DNA of 64,000 nucleotides, taken from assembly GCA_947260005.1 (NCBI GenBank), contig CAMYOL010000010.1:26227-90226 (forward strand). The letters run 5' to 3'. The position numbers were made by a program, and so were the translations under genes. Shown piece by piece: positions 30,401-33,400 of the stretch. The notes beneath the pieces are model-generated. The model had not been told where the DNA came from. It ran no database searches and worked only from the letters and a program-made list of their open reading frames with translations. This DNA is from an uncultured Ectothiorhodospiraceae bacterium. Its GTDB lineage: Bacteria; Pseudomonadota; Gammaproteobacteria; UBA6429; Thiohalophilaceae. Numbering within the stretch: the stretch's first letter is position 1; each line of letters opens with the position of its first letter.

Positions 30401-33400
30401 GTCGTTGAGAATTACCCGGGTTATAACTGGTAACAGAACCGAGTTCAGAAGCATGAATTCGAATGGCCTGTAAAAATATATCCACTGGTTGCTGCGTACT
30501 ATCAAGCACTTCGATGCGCAGTTGTGCAGCTGTTATGTCTTGCGCAAGGACTTCACTCAGCAAGATGCCTTGTGCGTCCTCAATCACGGACTCACTAACC
30601 TGCGCGCTACAGGCAGCATCAGAATATGTGGTTAGATGATATCGAACACTATATTCGGCACCAAAATCTACACGTAAACGGCCATTGGCTCGCGGTCGTG
30701 GCCAAACCTGCATTTGACCATTCTGCCAGACAAGATAAGGTTGATCGTCTAAATATAAACCGCCGTTATAACCTGAAGATTCGACATAATTGAATTGCAC
30801 AAACGGTATGTTGTCACCATTGGTGTCAACAAAATTTTCACCGGTCGGATCGCGGTTACCCGTTTGCCCCAGCCCACGTAATGACGTGTATACAGGAAAA
30901 TATCGAACCGGATTAGTCTCATTTACAAAATCATCGGTTAATAACAATGACTGGAACGCCAAACCACCTTTGGTTAAATCATTTACCGGCAATTGTTCGA
31001 TAATGCTGACTTGTGGCGCCTGATCAGGTAATACAGTAATCAAACGGCTAACTTCAGCTACGTTATTTGCCGCATCAGTCGCCTCAATAATAAGCGTAAA
31101 CGGTGTACCTTCAGGCGGGATGTTTGTAAAACCTGACAAATCGATCTGTATATTATCTGATTCGTTGATATTAATTTCATCGACATTCAATCCGGTAACA
31201 TCCGCTAAGGGTGTCGATTCCTGACCCAGGATATAAGCACGATAACTTTGAATACCAATATTATCGGTAATATTTAATCCGAGGAATGCCGTTTGTCGTT
31301 CATATATCTGTTCAGCCGGATCCGTGATGGTAATACTCGGAGCTTCTTCGTCATTCAGGATGGTAATATTTACCGGCGAGGTTTCAGTACTGTTCACACC
31401 ATGATCGAGGGCTCGCAGTTTAAACTGGTAGACACGTCCAGCCTCTGCCAGATAACTTAACGGTAATAAAATACGTCCTTCAAATGAAGTATAAAAACGA
31501 CTTCCCGCGATAATGGAACCAAAACTGGACGGGTTGGGTACATTTATATTCTCAGTTCGATCAGTACGAGAAAATGTCTGCCATTGAAGTTCAATTTCAT
31601 TATCCTGATCATCCACAAGCACGGGAACAACATCATTGATATAGAAATTATCATCACCCTGACCTTGCACTACAAAACTATCACCCGGCATGATGGAGAA
31701 GTCTGCCGCAGGTTGTTCCATTAATATAGTGGGTGCTTCTTCATCATCAAGAATTACTATATCAAGTATTTCAGGATCCGGGCTTAAGCCTCCATTGTCA
31801 GTTGCGCGCACACCGATACGTAATACACCTTCGCCAGCATCAGGTCTATGCGGCACTCTCATAGAGGCCGATAAATAACGGCCTGCTGATTGGATATCAT
31901 CAATATCGGGTTGAGCGAAAGTGCGAGAGAAAATATTTTGTCCATCCTGCTCGACAAATATTTCAACACTACTAACCTCTCGATTGTCCGTGACTAAAAC
32001 ATTCATCGTAAACGCCTCACCTTCTACAAGGCGTGACCCTGCTGCTGGCGTGCGTATCGAGATAGTCGGCGGTTCGTCTGACGACAAACCATAAAGCCAG
32101 GTGGTGGTGGCAAGGTTGTTATATATATCCGTCGCTCGTGCTTCTATTATAAGTTCATTACCGGTTGCAGGTACTGTCAGCGTAAAGCTACCATCCGCTT
32201 GTGCCGTATTTAAATTACTGCGCGTTTCAATAACGGTATCCGCGACTAAAAATTGAACCTGGCTTATTTGCGCATCATCAACAGCTCGCCATTGAATTGT
32301 TGCTTCATTTCCATGATACAGATTGCTGCCTCGAATTGGCTGTGAAATACCCAGCAATGGCGCGGTCGTATCAGGTTGTATCGATAAATTAAGTGAATAA
32401 ATTGGTGCGGAGTCATTCGAATTCTGTCCACGGTTATCGGTTGCAATAATATCAACCCGAATGGTATGAGCCGCATTACTTAAAGCCTGGCCAGCCAGAT
32501 CCAGCATGAAACTGGTTTGCACATTTTCTGCTGGAATCAAACCCGATGCGACATTATTGGTTTGGGTCACTGCTGCAGTTGTCGCACCATCTATATAGTA
32601 TTGAGCCTGAATGGATTCCACTGCCCGATCATCGCGCGCCTGTACATCAATAGTTATATTATCGAGCGGGAAATAAACATTACGTTCATGGCGCGCTTCA
32701 ACAACAGATGGTGATTGATCCGAAACGACCGCAATGGTCATGCTGGCTATTGAGGTATTACCGGTCGCGTCTGTTGCCGAAACTTCAACCGGGTATAAAT
32801 CACGAACCACATCAGGCGCATTGGTAAAGTTCGGAATCGTCATTATTTTCAGTGCCGAGAATGCATTTAGTCCTCCCGGTATTTGTTCTGGAGCAAAGGC
32901 ATCACCGGATAACACATCGTCAGCGCTTCCAGTCAGGACATAACGCGCACCCTCCAGACGTACACCACGTAGTTCAAGTTGATCAACAGCCACATTATCG
33001 TAGCCAGATACCTTGATTACAACTTCACTATCTTCTACGACCTCAGCAATATCAACGCCACCTTCGGTTTGAGTAATAGCCGGCGAAGAAAAGTTTACCA
33101 CTGGGGGCGTTTCGTCCCGTCCCAGGGTCACACTAACCAATGCACTTGTCGTGGATTGATCACGACTATCAAAAGCAATGGCGTGAATGTTTAACACCTG
33201 CTCCAACTCAATTGCCGCCGGTGTCTGGTAGTTCGTAGAAAAAGGCGTATTCGTATCAGAGCCTACAAGACGATCATTAACATAGAAGTCTACTCGCGCA
33301 ACCTGCACATCGTCGGTCGCTTCTGCACGTAACTCCAATAATTCACCTGCAACCACACTGGACCCGGTTACCGGATGAGTGACGGCAACGCCAGGTGGTT